Origin: Octopus bimaculoides | Lineage: Eukaryota | Direction: 5' to 3' | Length of the DNA: 49,668 bases | Assembly: GCF_001194135.2 (NCBI RefSeq) | Contig: NC_068988.1 | Location: 49,925,499-49,975,166 of the forward strand | Part shown: positions 1-13,800 of the stretch, piece after piece | Position numbering within the stretch: the first letter of the stretch is position 1 | How the letters are laid out: every line of letters starts with the position of its first letter | Program-made: the position numbers and the translations under genes | The notes under the pieces: model-generated | Database searches by the model: none | The model's input: only the letters and a program-made list of their open reading frames with translations | What the model was told of the DNA's origin: nothing

Positions 1-700
<700 letters not shown>

Positions 701-769
701 TGTATGTACATATATACATACATTATGCTAGCTATATATGTGTCTCTTTACGTCCACATTTGATGTTCT

Positions 770-1060
770 CTCTTTCTCTCTCCATCACCAATAACCTCTC
801 CTGGCAAAAGCATATTCTAAACATGGCTCGAACCACATTTCTAAGATTAGCTCTTCGCTTTAAGGATACGAGTTATGTCAACCCCCAATAGCTTTCGACA
901 TTCTGCAAGGCTTTATTGACATATCTGGAATGCAGAAAGACATCCTGGACTGCATCCAGAGAAGGTCCACTCGACTGAGTGGTAGTCAGCCACTAACAGA
1001 TACGTTCCAGGCGCTGGGCTCGCTCCTCTCTCTACTTTGGTGATTTGTTTGTAGCACATA
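770..1060 (+). mobile_element. Decayed LINE (CR1/L2-like group) reverse transcriptase C-terminal fragment
   Basis: Translation NNLSWQKHILNMAR...LDCIQRRSTRLSGSQPLTDTFQAL resembles the LSW..HI...LD.IQRRA.RLIG...L...LQ.L motif run at the end of LINE ORF2; broken by stops and frameshifts. Confidence 0.7.
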
Positions 1061-1210
1061 AGCTTAAATGCTCGTTTAACGGAATCTGTATGGTATAAAA
1101 ATCTCGTATTTGTTGCCAATGAATATTCAGTTATTTACTCAAGGTATATTTCGTTTATTTTATGTAATTTTCGTTTCAGTGATTGCATTTAATATCATTA
1201 ATTAAACTAA

Positions 1211-1399
1211 GGCAGCAAACTAGCAGATCGCCAATGCGCCGGTCAAAATGCTTAGCGGTATTTCGTTCGTCTTTTTGTTCCGAGTTTATGTTCTGCCGAG
1301 GTCGACTTTGCCTTTCATTCTTTCGGAGTCGATAAAATAAGTACTAATTGCACACTTCCCCTCCGCATGTATTGGCCTTATGCCAAAATTTGAACCATA
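1211..1399 (+). mobile_element. SINE family A copy (tRNA-derived)
   Basis: Head GGCAGCAAACTAGCAG, core GTCGACTTTGCCTTTCATTCTTTCGGAGTCGATAAAATAAGTAC; 12/13 flanking direct repeat ATCAT(T/A)AATTAAA at 1194-1206 and 1400-1412. Confidence 0.85.
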
Positions 1400-1844
1400 A
1401 TCATAAATTAAATTTTTGACGGACAGATGAAGTAATTTTTTTTGCCATGAAAATTCTCCACGATTAAAATTTATAAAATATATTTTCTATATGGTTGATG
1501 CAGGTCCCACAGTTAAAGTGATTATTGGTGTTTTATTTTGTGGTAAGTAATTTCGTGCTGGTAAGTCATTTTATGCCTGCCTTTTACCTTTGATTGTTTT
1601 GCGCATTTCGAGTACTTTTTCCATTCTTGCGTCATGTTTCAATAATGAATATTTTGATTGATAATGTTGTATGTTTCTGTGTTTTGGGGTTTGTGTGTTG
1701 TGATGTAAGGAAGATAAATGGATGGAATTAGATTGTTTTTTGTCTTTCGTAATTTTTTAGTGTCTGTTGTTTTGATACATTCTCTTTCGTTTTCAATTAA
1801 CTTTGTTGGGTGTTTTTTTTTTTTAAATACTTGTAGACAGTTAC

Positions 1845-1948
1845 CTGAGGTTCAAAGTTGAGACTTTTATAAATAGAACAATACACCCAAAAGCTGATGT
1901 CCATCAGCATTTCTCCCAAGATCTTCACGTGGTTGTGAAGATCAATAA
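1845..1948 (-). CDS. Candidate internal coding exon of an unidentified gene (104 nt; IDLHNHVKILGEMLMDISFWVYCSIYKSLNFEPQ)
   Basis: ATTTTAG acceptor, CAG|GTAACT donor, only one open frame; no homology recognised. Confidence 0.25.
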
Positions 1949-2071
1949 CTAAAATCTATTTTAAATCTTTGTAAATCGTATGTAACGCAGAAAAAAAACC
2001 CGGTTATTGTTTCATGTGAAAAGGAAATTTCTTGGTTAATGAGCGTTCGTGTAGTGGCATANNNNNNNNNN

Positions 2072-2141
<70 letters not shown>

Positions 2142-3400
2142 ATGCGCGCGCAGTTCTAGACGCTTTTCATTATTCAGCTAAAACACTGACATTAACCTCT
2201 GCTTTACTTATTTATATTAGATCGTACCTGTACATCTAAAATGTTGCTGTAATTATTGAAAAATAATTTTAAAAATTAAATATAAATGTTCGTGTCTTAA
2301 GTTACCAAAATGACTGTATGAAGATGCCAAAACACTTGGTTCAACGCAGTACTTCAAATTAAATTTTCTACTAAACATTTACCATAAAGTTACATCAATC
2401 TCACCGACAGAAATTATAAAATTATAAGCAGTATAAATTTAAGAAATCATTTATTATTAACAAAACTATATTTACTTTTGTAATATATATTAGTCAACTT
2501 TGAAATGGCGTAATGCTTTGTGCGTTGGCAAAAATATTGCTTCACTATAGATCTGAATGAATATTTATGGATTTATATATAGATTTAATGACAGATCATT
2601 GATAATTCTTTATCTTTTCAATACCGTTCTGGCCGGTATTTTGCATTTTCAGTCGTAAGCAGAGAACATTAAAGACAAGGTGAACTAAAATACTGATGAG
2701 TAAACTACAAAGAAATACTTACTGATAAATATACTCAATCTCACGTAATTTTGTTATCTTATTCTTCCAAATGATAAATTAGCAACAATATACACATTAT
2801 TCAGATGTTTAAATGTAATGGCAAGGAAGCTTGGTATAACGTCACTGTTATACACAGGTGTGTGGAACTACATTACGCATTGATCAACATCTGATCAATG
2901 CTGTTTGATCTGTTTGTTAGCAATCATACTAGGCGGTTATCTTCTTTAATCAAAATCGAGATGTATGAAGTAAAATTCACTCAATCATACCAGTACATCA
3001 CGCAGACTTGCAACAGATCATCAATATTATTTTTCACGTATATGTCGATTTCGACTTCTGTGTAAGTAAGTGAAAAATATTCACCCAGTGATTAATGTCT
3101 GTACATTAGAAGCTTTAGTCGGTAAATATTAAACTTGGATCAATGCCAAGAGTTCGGATTCAATTTCACAAATGATCGAAACGGTTGGATGCCGTGGTCT
3201 TTGATTGACGAATGGGTGACATCATGGCATCATCTCCAGATTCGTGGAAAAGCTTCAACTAAATACTACAGCTAACGGGGCACTCGTTTATTGTACAGTG
3301 ATCACACTCCCAAAAGAGGTGACAAGATGTCATTTTAGAACATGCTGTGTACACCTCTTTATTTTGTTTCATTAGAGACACAACAAACAAAAACTACGCT

Positions 3401-3540
3401 AAGGTGGCAAACTGGCTGAGTCATTCGAAGGTCGAATGGAACGGTTCACAGTATTTGTTTTGACTCTTTGCATCCTGTGTTCAAATCCAGCCGAGGTCAA
3501 TTTTGCCTTCCATCCTTTTAGGAGTTGATAAAAAAATTAT
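3401..3540 (+). mobile_element. Degenerate SINE family A copy
   Basis: AAGGTGGCAAACTGGCTGAG head, GTTCAAATCC B-box, GAGGTCAATTTTGCCTTCCATCCTTTTAGGAGTTGATAAAA core. Confidence 0.7.
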
Positions 3541-4339
3541 CAACCTAAGGCTAGGGATTGGCGGAACTGCAAAAACGTTGAACCGGATGCCTTTGTTATT
3601 TGCTTCTGCTCATTGCGTTCGAGTTCAAATCCCGTCATGACCTACTTGAATGGTAGAGACAAACCGAGACTCGCTTTAACACCTCTTGGCACCTTGGGTA
3701 ACCGTAGAATAGTCCACTATGTTGCTAGCATTCGGCCCAGGTTTCTACCTCAAGGACACCATCTTCTTTCTTTCCTACAAGTTTTGAAGACCCTATGATT
3801 TTTTTTGTCTAATCTTTTAGTCTGGAGCGCTTCTGAATAAAAGATTAAAAAACAAACATTTCCTGCAGAGAAATGCCGATTATGTTTATACACAATAACG
3901 CACACGCATATTCCACACATACATACGTACGCGCAATGCACACTTACACTCAGACGCAAAACTATATCTCTGTGCCTTGCCTCAGTGTGTGTGTGTGTGA
4001 TCGCACACGCGTATATGTTTGTGGAAGTATGTGCATGAGTCAAGTATATGGTACTCGCCAACACAAAGAACAACCATAAACAGAGAAATTAAGAAAAAAA
4101 ATATAAATATTTCGAAACTGAAAAAATAAATAAAGAAGAAAAAGAAACATGTGTTTTAGAAAATAATAATTTCCGGTTTAAAATAGAATTGAAATTTCTT
4201 ATATGTTTTTTTTCCTGAAACTTCTGTTTCTCTCTCTCCCTCCATCTCGCTTTCCCCCATTCTTTCTCACTCACTTCTCCTCTTTCTCGCCCCCTCTCTT
4301 GCTTTCTCCCTCTTTTTTGTTTCTCTTATTCTCTCCTCT

Positions 4340-4658
4340 TTCTCTCTCTCTCTTTCTCTCTCTCCCTATATATATACACACATATATGTATATATACATA
4401 TATGTACACATATATATCATATATATATATTATATATTATATATNNNNNNNNNNNNNNNNNNNNNNNNNNNNNNNNNNNNNNNNNNNNNNNNNNNNNNNN
4501 NNNNNNNNNNNNNNNNNNNNNNNNNNNNNNNNNNNNNNNNNNNNNNNNNNNNNNNNNNNNNNNNNNNNNNNNNNNNNNNNNNNNNNNNNNNNNNNTATAT
4601 ATATCATATATATATTATACACACACATACATATATATGTCTATGTATATATCGCATT

Positions 4659-4697
<39 letters not shown>

Positions 4698-4975
4698 TTT
4701 TCTCTCAATCTATCTATCTTTCTCTCTTTCTACTCACATGTGTGTGTGTGTGTGTGTGCGTGTGTCCCATTTTCCTCTCGCTTTTTGTCTCGCACATTCT
4801 CTTTCTCTCACGCACACTCTCTCTCTTTTTCTCGCAACTTTCTCTCTCGCGCGCGCGCACATTGTCTCTCGCACACACTCTCTCAGTCTCCTTCTCTTTC
4901 TCTTGCTCTCTCACTCTCCCTCTTTTCTCTCTCTCTCTCTCTCTTTCCCCTATTTTCACTCTCTATCTCTGCATA
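4340..4975. repeat. (CT)n/(TA)n/(TG)n low-complexity field with assembly gap
   Basis: Seen directly. Confidence 0.95.
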
Positions 4976-5371
4976 TCTCTATTTCAAGTTAAAGGTTGCT
5001 GGTAAGGGTGGAGGGAGGAAGATGAGGTAAAATGAAACATGATCGATGATGCTGTATTAAATGATAAATTAATGAAATTTACCATAATTCCTCTATTTTG
5101 TTTCTTCGATCAGTTCCTTATTCACTTAATTATCGAATTAATCTTCTCTATCTTCTACAGCTTAAGCACGTAAAAAAAAAGTACCTCTTCGGATTCAGGG
5201 TTCGATTCAGGGCGTAGAGATAAAGCAAAACACATTAAATAAATCATTTCTTGAACCATGAATTATTAGTTTTCTTACTGTTCGTTTATTTGCGCTACAG
5301 AGAGATTTCAGTAAAAAAAAAACTGATCTACGTACCGATACGTATACTCATAATTACGTTAACTCATTCAT

Positions 5372-5407
<36 letters not shown>

Positions 5408-5899
5408 TTTATACGTAGTATTTTAAGCATATTCAATGAAATAACAGTTCAATGTTTAGAACTCATCTATAAAGAGAACAACTCTTTCTATAATTCTTTA
5501 CTTTCTCAAATATAATCAGAGATTGTACATACTATTTTCTTTGGATATATGTCTTAATGGGGGTTTGACGCTTAGATGAAATCAGCTCTTGAAGGTGTAG
5601 ATTAGATAGCGAGAGCCAACAGAGTTAATCTAATAGTCTTAATCAGCAGCGCTTCTCTTATCCAAAACAAGCATCGATGATTGAAGTCCTGCGTCTGTTT
5701 ACTTGACTTTTGTCTGGTGTTACATAGCTTCCCTTATGGAGTATTACATTCAATGCAAAACTAGAACAACTATACCAATGGAGTGATTTATTTGTAATTT
5801 TTCACCTTCATACTCCAGTCAAAAGCAACGTGCATTCTCTTTCTTAGTAAATATATTTCCATTTAGGATGAAGGGTAACTGTACATTTGAGAACCATTA

Positions 5900-6745
5900 A
5901 CACCCGCCCACAGAACAACAGAATTCAAACGCTGCTGGTTTGTCTCGCTCAAGTTTAAGGAAGGTTCAGTACAATGTTGTAACCATTATGATAATTTTGA
6001 TAAGGCGAAAGAATGACAGAAACTGTAGAATACTAAACTTAATGCATTGCAGTATTGATTTACATCCCATTATGTCTTCGCTTTTAAACCCAGCTAGAGC
6101 CGGTCTTGTCTTTCATCCAACTAGGCTTGATTTAAATCATCACCAGTTATGTATTGTTGTACTGTATTATTGAATATTCAATCAACTTTACACCTTCTCT
6201 ACCGTTCTTGTTGATATGCCAATATTAGGAATCATTATCAAGTCGTGTTAAGACGGCGAACTGGCGGAACCGTTACCACAACGGTGACAATGCATAACAG
6301 CATTCTTTCAGCTGTTTACATTATGAGTTCAAATCCCGCTGAAGTCGACTTTACTTTTCATCTTTTTGTGACCGATGAAATAAAAACAAGTTGAGCACTA
6401 GCTTTGATGTAATCGACTTGCTTCTTCCCGCAAAATTTTAGGTTTTGTGCCCTATAGTAGAAAGGATTTTGAAGTCATGTTCCATGGGAGATATTGAATT
6501 GTTCTTGGAATGATTGGCTTGGTTCTGTTAACCAGAAGTATTTCTTCCAAAAGTCATAAGTACGCAAGCAAAAGGTTTAGGGAACCATAAATCTTTTGCC
6601 TTCATAGAATAAGTCAAAGTTGTGGTAACGAAGCTCATAGGACGGTGAATTTTGAAGTTCATACACTTTATATTATTCCTGCTATAATCACGATCATAAG
6701 ATTGTGGTTTCCATTCTTGCGCTAGATGAGCGGTGCACACACATG
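5900..6745 (-). mobile_element. Decayed Penelope-like element, N-terminal ORF region, interrupted by the SINE at 6251-6471
   Basis: After removing the SINE and one TSD: ...FNISHGTRLD.., IPNIGISTRTVEKV*S*LN, GFKSEDIMGCKSILQCIKF, ERDKPAAF. These resemble the PLE motifs NIP.P..IEKVES, GFKS..IKF and ADKT also seen at 14140-14480; heavily decayed. Confidence 0.45.
6251..6471 (+). mobile_element. SINE family A copy
   Basis: GACGGCGAACTGGCGGAA head, GAGTTCAAATCCC B-box, GTCGACTTTACTTTTCATC core, GTGCCCTATAGTAGAAAGG tail; TSD AAGTC(G/A)TGTT at 6240-6249 and 6472-6481. Confidence 0.85.
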
Positions 6746-7810
6746 TATATACTTATGTTGATACTATGGATGTGAAGTGTGTGTGCGTGAGTACGTGGTG
6801 TGGTGCATTCTGTGACATAAAACAATGGTCAACAGTACCAACACCAATTATCTGCTAATAATTTAATATCTCGGGATCAGCCATTCTCTACCCATCGCAG
6901 TTAAATATCTATGACAATCATTTCTTCTCCTCAACGACAGTAACTATTTGCTCCTATTTCCACTTTCTTTCTTTCCCCTCTCCTTTTCTTCATTCCTGTC
7001 AAACTTATACGACACCCGCTCCCACATATTTAACCTCATCTTTCCCTTTCTTACTTCTTGAACATTTATTTCTTCAAACATTTGTTTTTCATTATGATTT
7101 TCCAGCTTCGCTATTCATTTCAACTCACACTTTCAGTGAGTTAACTTGAAAATTCCAAGCGACAATGTTACCTTCATGTAATTAAGATATTTTTGGCCTG
7201 ATGATTCGCTAAGCTGAATACTGCTCACTGAGTGATTATTACGAGAGAGGATTAGCTAGCCAAGAAACATATGCAGCCTGGGTTCTATCCGTTCAACTCC
7301 CTCAATTTGGATTTTTCTTCGCATTCGTAGCAACTCAGGTTGCTAACCATGGGTTATACAGAAACTTTCAGCCTATCGACTTTCCTCGTAACTTCGATAT
7401 GGGAAGAAGTATGAAACCATCGACACCAATAAATTGTTACTGTTGCTGATCCTACACCGCCTACTTCTTGTTTTCTATAGTAGTCCTGCTACGGACTACT
7501 TGAAGCTTACAAGCTTCCTCCACATGGATCCCCAGGTTCTTATCCACATATATATATATATATATANNNNNNNNNNNNNNNNNNNNNNNNNNNNNNNNNN
7601 NNNNNNNNNNNNNNNNNNNNNNNNNNNNNNNNNNNNNNNNNNNNNNNNNNNNNNNNNNNNNNNNNNNNNNNNNNNNNNNNNNNNNNNNNNNNNNNNNNNN
7701 NNNNNNNNNNNNNNNNNNNNNNNNNNNNNNNNNNNNNNNNNNNNNNNNNNNNNNNNNNNNNNNNNNNNNNNNNNNNNNNNNNNNNNNNNNNNNNNNNNNN
7801 NNNNNNNNNN

Positions 7811-7880
<70 letters not shown>

Positions 7881-8095
7881 ATACACTTGATAAGATCAGC
7901 AAAAACGTACTCGATCCAGCGAGAACTATGTATCATTTATTGAATACAGAAGCTTTACATGAATTACTTCAAATTTCATGCTCGCATAGTACAATAATCG
8001 GATACGGTTGTGTAGCATACTGTGCAGGACCGAGTAATAGTTCAGGCTCAGATGACGTGGCTACTCTACGAGGAAATGCATGTGTGTGTGTGTGT

Positions 8096-8130
<35 letters not shown>

Positions 8131-8299
8131 CGTGTGTGTGTATGCGTGTGAAAGAAAGAAAGAAAGAAAGAAAGAAAGTCATTAAAGAGAAACTGAACGA
8201 GAAAGTGTTTGTTGTCTTAAGCTGACAACACTTCCGTTCTTCACACTAACGCTTTTACTCTATTACCACTTCTTTATAACCATCAATGTTTCGATAATT

Positions 8300-8430
8300 T
8301 TTTTTAAATTCTTCATGATTTACCCTTGAAAAACGTCGGTGTAGAGCAGGGTAAATTTCTTATACATTGTTCTTGGAAAACTTTTGAATTTGTCCGTAAA
8401 TTTGGGGAAATATTCATTGAGAAGTGGCGA
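8300..8430 (-). mobile_element. Short degenerate PLE fragment (FP...KVF.KNNV region)
   Basis: Minus-strand TTCCCCAA...AAAG...AAGAACAATGT aligns by eye to the copy at 12540-12715. Confidence 0.35.
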
Positions 8431-8874
8431 CGTTATTTCAAAGCAACCACAAAAACAAACAGTGGTTATTGATATATCATTACCTCTATATCTGTACATC
8501 AGTCTGTTTATACGCACACACACACACGCATAAATATATACACATATGTACATATATAAACATATGCATGTTCTATAATCATTTTTCATTTTTGTTCCGT
8601 CATAATCTATTTTTCGTTCTATTTTTCGTTTAGGATTTATTTTTCCTTTTTCTTCTTGCGTCAACCGTATGGTATATATTCAACCTGTAATAACAAACGC
8701 TATAGTTTTATTTTTATATTTGCTGATGAAATGATGGACATTTATTATATAAACATATTATATGTCCATTATAGAAACATATGTTCCATAGTTTTTTAAA
8801 CAAATACTTCCTATATATNNNNNNNNNNNNNNNNNNNNNNNNNNNNNNNNATATATATATATATATATATGTAC

Positions 8875-8941
<67 letters not shown>

Positions 8942-9849
8942 TGCATGCATGTATATACACCTATATAAATACGCATGTGTTTGTGTGTATTTATATGTAT
9001 GTATATATGTATGAGACTCGATATAATGGTGCAATGCACATACAATTCGATGTATACCGGATGATATTAGCATGACTGCATGAGAAAATCGTTTTGCACT
9101 ACAGTTTGTGTACATGATATTTGCTGGCTGTGGACATGTGGACATGTTCCTCAATGTGCCTGTATGCCTGTGGGTTGGTGGGTATATATGTTTATGTGTA
9201 TGCATGCGTGTGAGAATATGTTACTTGATACAGTTGTATGCTGATTGATGTTGATATATGTATACGCATGCAACTATTTTGCCGCTTACCACTGCATCTA
9301 CTTTTCATTCTTCTTTTTGTTCTTGTTTTCCTTCTTTATATTTTTTCCTGCACCGACTTCTCGTTTCGCCTTCTTTATCTTCTTTCCTTTCTCGTTCTAC
9401 ATGTTTTTTGCATAACCCTCTTATTATCTTGATGTTCGTCTGTAACCTGAAGCTTAGAAAATGCAGGAGTCAAGAGTTGTCTGAATTGCAGAGTGCTCCT
9501 CATCGCACGTTACTTACCATCATTAATATATTTATGTATTTACTTATCGTGTACAACCCCCAAAAAAATAATAATAATAAACTCTTACAATTGTTGTTGC
9601 TGATGTTGTTGTTGACTTCGTCTATTACCCTTCCGGGGTCGATAAAATAAGTTCTGATCAATTTAGTCAACTACATTCCTACTCAACAATGCTTTTTAAA
9701 TTTTTTTTACGTAATCATAATAGTCATCATCGTTTATACTGAATGTCACAAAATGCCCTATTCACCCTTTCTCTTTTACAACTGAAGTCTTAGCTTCTTA
9801 TCTCTATGTACGAAATCGATATTTTACATATGTATACATAGATAAATAC

Positions 9850-9886
<37 letters not shown>

Positions 9887-10761
9887 TGTATGTTTGGATG
9901 TATGCATGACAGGATGTGAGCATGTATGTATATCCTCCTTTTCTTCCATTTCTTATTTTCCATTCTTGCTTTTATCCACCTTTCATACTCTTTATTAATC
10001 TTTCTCTATCTCTCGTTCTTTCTTTCTTTCTCTCATACACGCACTCTCTTTCTCTTTCTTTCTTTCTCTCACACACATACTCACTCTCTCTCTCTCTCTT
10101 ACTCACTTTGTATGTGTGTGTGTGTGTGTGTGTGTGTCTACTGCATAACATTTAATGTGTGTGCTGTATTAAATACAAAGGTGTACGTGTATAACGTAAA
10201 GTATCAAGAAACATAGTAGTATAAAGCTAACTAACGTATGCGCATTGTATGGCATGTGCTGTATACAGAATAATGTATATATGACTACTGTTGTGGATAT
10301 ATATCATGACGTAAGTGTATAGTATATTGATTATAATACAACATAATTATGCGTAGTTTAGTAATATAACCAAATTATGCATAGTGCAAGAGACATTTGT
10401 ATACTATATATATATATATATATATATATANNNNNNNNNNATATAGGATAAGGAGTATATGTGCGTGTGAACTAGACGCCCTGTTAGATACAGTAATTAC
10501 ATTGATAAGTCTATATATGTGTGTGTGTGTGTGAGTGCATGTATGCGTAAATATTTTATTTGCATAACATTTAGTCTAGCTTTAAATGACTCGTGTTTCA
10601 TATAATAAGGCGTATGCGAGTAAAATATACTGTATATAACACAGGATATGTTTATCACAATACAACCATATTTAAATCTTTTGAAAAAGACTATGCATTA
10701 TTTCTTAGTATTTCCCATTACAGAAACGTTTCTGTGGCGTATTCTCGTATTTTTTAATCTA

Positions 10762-10815
10762 TCTTCTGAAGAAATGTTACTTGTGAAAATTGTACCCTAG
10801 AAACGTACGTTAGGA
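10762..10815 (+). ncRNA. Degenerate minimal type I hammerhead-ribozyme-like motif
   Basis: TCTT-CTGAAGA-(27 nt)-GAAA-CGTACGT-T-AGGA: core boxes in the correct order, palindromic ACGTACGT stem III, 4-bp stem I; stem II does not close properly. Confidence 0.25.
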
Positions 10816-11089
10816 ATGAAATATATTGTTCACTCTTGTTTCCCTGCTGTTATGAAATCATTATACATACACATGTATATGCGTGTATGTGTATAAGCAA
10901 TGAGTCCTAAAACAGTTCATGTTTATAGAATGTGTGCTACTACCTGTGGCGGTTCTATTGGTGATAATGGAGATGGTAATCGCATTGATAATTCCTTTGA
11001 AAGTGGCAGTGGTGATGAAGGTGGAAGTGATAGTGACAATAAGGATGGAACAATGATGTTGATTATAATAACAAGTGTGAAGCCGATGA

Positions 11090-11800
11090 GGGTTAGTGGG
11101 CGTCCTGTTTCAGAATTCAGAATGTTCAGTTTTTGGGGTTTTGCGCAGAGTACACCTTAAGCCATGTTTGTTATAGGCTCTTTCTTTTGCTACAATGTTC
11201 CATTTAATGGTACGGTTGCTTATACATTATCCTCCGTGTTCCAGTTATACTTTGACAGCGATGTAGAATTCCTCATGCTATTGTCTTGGATTGTATAAAT
11301 ATGTTGCGTGAAACAAAGCTTAGAATTGTTTTCTCAAAAGCCAATATACAATTATATGGTATTTTCGCTGTTGTGAACTTTGACTTTGCAGATGTGCTCT
11401 TTCGAGGGTCATTTATTTTCCAATGGATATTGCAACCTGTTTCTGTATTTGCAGTATAGCTGGGCTAGATTTAAATTGTTAGTATATCTCTTGTTGTAAT
11501 TCAATATCTGTGACTCTATACTACCAAGACAGCTATAAGTGTCCTTGTCCGTGTTCTTACTGAATATTTTATTATATCTATGCTGATTTGAGACGTTCTT
11601 TCTTGTGAGAGAGAAGAAGCGTCTGGCGATGTCGATTGCTACATTGATACTGTAGGGTGGATTAAACCATATCGCTTTTCTGACTCTGTGACAACTTTTC
11701 TTGAGGGAGCAGTTTCAGAATGTCTTATTTTATTGCGGCTCTAGTACGCAGGCTACTTAGAACTATCTAGAGCACTCGAACAGTCAAATCAATGAGAAGT
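11090..11800 (-). mobile_element. Penelope-like element relic: RT thumb/linker plus GIY-YIG endonuclease region
   Basis: Translation IWFNPPYSINVAIDIARRFFSL...YNKIFSKNT...YSC...LYIGF*E...RNSTSLSKYNW...RCTLRK matches the PLE C-terminal motif order; contains stops and frameshifts. Confidence 0.85.
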
Positions 11801-12539
11801 GTCTAAGAATACAACATTCATTCTTGACTTGTAAATCTTGCTCGGACTCAAAGGTGAGATTCTGGATCAAGAAAACGTAGACCAGTGAAATTAACAAACA
11901 AGCTTTCATTCACTGTTCAAATAATGCGACTCTGACATTCTAATTTTCCCTCAGAATATTAAAAGCAATCTTTAAAGTTTCAAATGGTTATAAAATCTAC
12001 TATATCTCAAGAAATATTACTTTAATTCTTAAATTCTGTAACTTCAAATATTGCATTAAATAAAATTTAGTGTTCGTAATACCGCTATATGAATAACATT
12101 TAATGATGGTAGCTCAGGTTTATAAACTCAGCGCTGTCAAACGTATAAATTATATCATCATTGGCAATCAAAACATGTGAAAATCCCTAACAGAAGATGC
12201 AATAAGCAATGGTAACAGATCAGTGTTGCCAAGTATTATTTGTTGTATATAATAAAGACGTCAACACCACCAACACCACCGTAGTTACAACTACCACAAA
12301 CATTAATAAATGGAACCTTTACGCAGTTGTTCATCCTGATAAAAAAAAATAATAATAACTGACAATTCCCCCTTAAATGACGCATTAACGTCTTCAGTCA
12401 GAAGGATATGTTAGAATACAGTACTTTATGAAGAGAAAGAGAAGATGGCCATTTCTAGAACCTCTAGATCTCGATCACGGATGACCTGGAGCTAAGGAAT
12501 AACATCGTTACTACTATGACATACACGCATTGCTGTATT

Positions 12540-12715
12540 CTTTATATAATTGTTGTAACTTCAACTAATTTTATACTATAACTGACCTTGACATTGTTCT
12601 TGCTTAATACTTTACTATATCTATGCTGATTGGGGAAGTTCTTTTTTATGAGAGAGAGAAAGCGTCCGGCGATGCGGTGCTATGTTGACACTGTAGAGTT
12701 GATTAAGCCATAGGT
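12540..12715 (-). mobile_element. Second PLE fragment homologous to ~11540-11690
   Basis: By-eye nucleotide alignment of TATATCTATGCTGATT...GAGAGAGA..AGCGTC.GGCGATG...ACTGTAG.GT.GATTAA.CCATA; translates to FLSLIKKNFPNQHRYSKVLSKNNVKVSY. Confidence 0.8.
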
Positions 12716-12780
12716 AAAATAAAAATACACAAACTAAAATACATTTGTTAACTTAATTATAAAAATTATATTCACTGCAT

Positions 12781-13800
12781 GAAATCATTCGGGGTTTCAA
12801 GCACAATACAAAATATCATTGTATCTGTATTTGATAGAGTAGTAACTATTATAATTCGAACTGGAATTGAAAGCGCTCCTTTTATTTTAGAGCAAGCAGA
12901 CTAAACTGCCCCTTGTATAGCTCATGCCCAGATCTCTGTTATCGTCTAGCATTTTACTAGAAGAAAACTAAATCTTAAAATTTATAGAATTTTATTACAT
13001 AAGTAACGAGAAAAGTGAGTCGAAATTAGTTTGAATTATTGGAAAATGTCTTGAACACATCTAGTGATGTTAAAACTAAATTGATTGACTAAACGTACGA
13101 TGGTAAAGCTATAACGGCAGAGGAACAAATAATATTGCAGGACAAATGGCTTAAATGCAGTGATTTCTTTCATTGTTATGCATATAAACTTAACTTAGTT
13201 TTCAGTTGAAGTGCTTAGATAGTTAACGGAGTTATCATATTGTCACAAATTTACGCAGCTCTAGTAAGTTGACATCTTGAAGTACAAAATGGAAAAGTAT
13301 TTATATATCAGCATTCTATCAATGTGCAACACAATATGGTGCTAAATACCCAGAACTGTTTCAGTCATAAAACAGTCACGTGAAAACTTGGAAACAGTAT
13401 TTTAAAATATTATGAATAATAATGAGAGGTGGGATGAAAGTATTCATGAAGTAAAAGATAATCTACTGGTAAAATTGAAAGACTTCATTTTAATGTTTTT
13501 TGCTGACTATTTTCATACCACAATACCGCAAGCCGAGAAACTATTTGATATTCTACAGTGTATGCATGATCATTTTGAAATAAACGATTTCATTCAATAA
13601 ATTTGAAATCACTAACGGTGAGAGCATGATAAAAACGTTCAAAAAGGCAATGGTAAACATTGAACTACTCGATATCTTGGACGTCCTTCTTGCAGAAAGA
13701 ACCAAAGTACAGCTATGTATCCAAGTAATATCTACGCAAATGAGGGCAGGATCGGAAAATCTCGCTTTCACAGTACATCCAAGTGACATAACTAACGGAT
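12781..13800 (+). mobile_element. Decayed hAT-superfamily (ZMYM1-like) transposase
   Basis: Motif series SFGVSSTIQN, APFILEQAD*TA..HAQISVIV, KFIEFYYIS, KLID*TYDG, FHCYAYKLNLV, RWDESIHE..LL.KLKDF..FF..F......LFDILQ. These correspond to hAT QADET, QTYDGA and HCYAH.LNLV; multiple stops. Confidence 0.8.
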
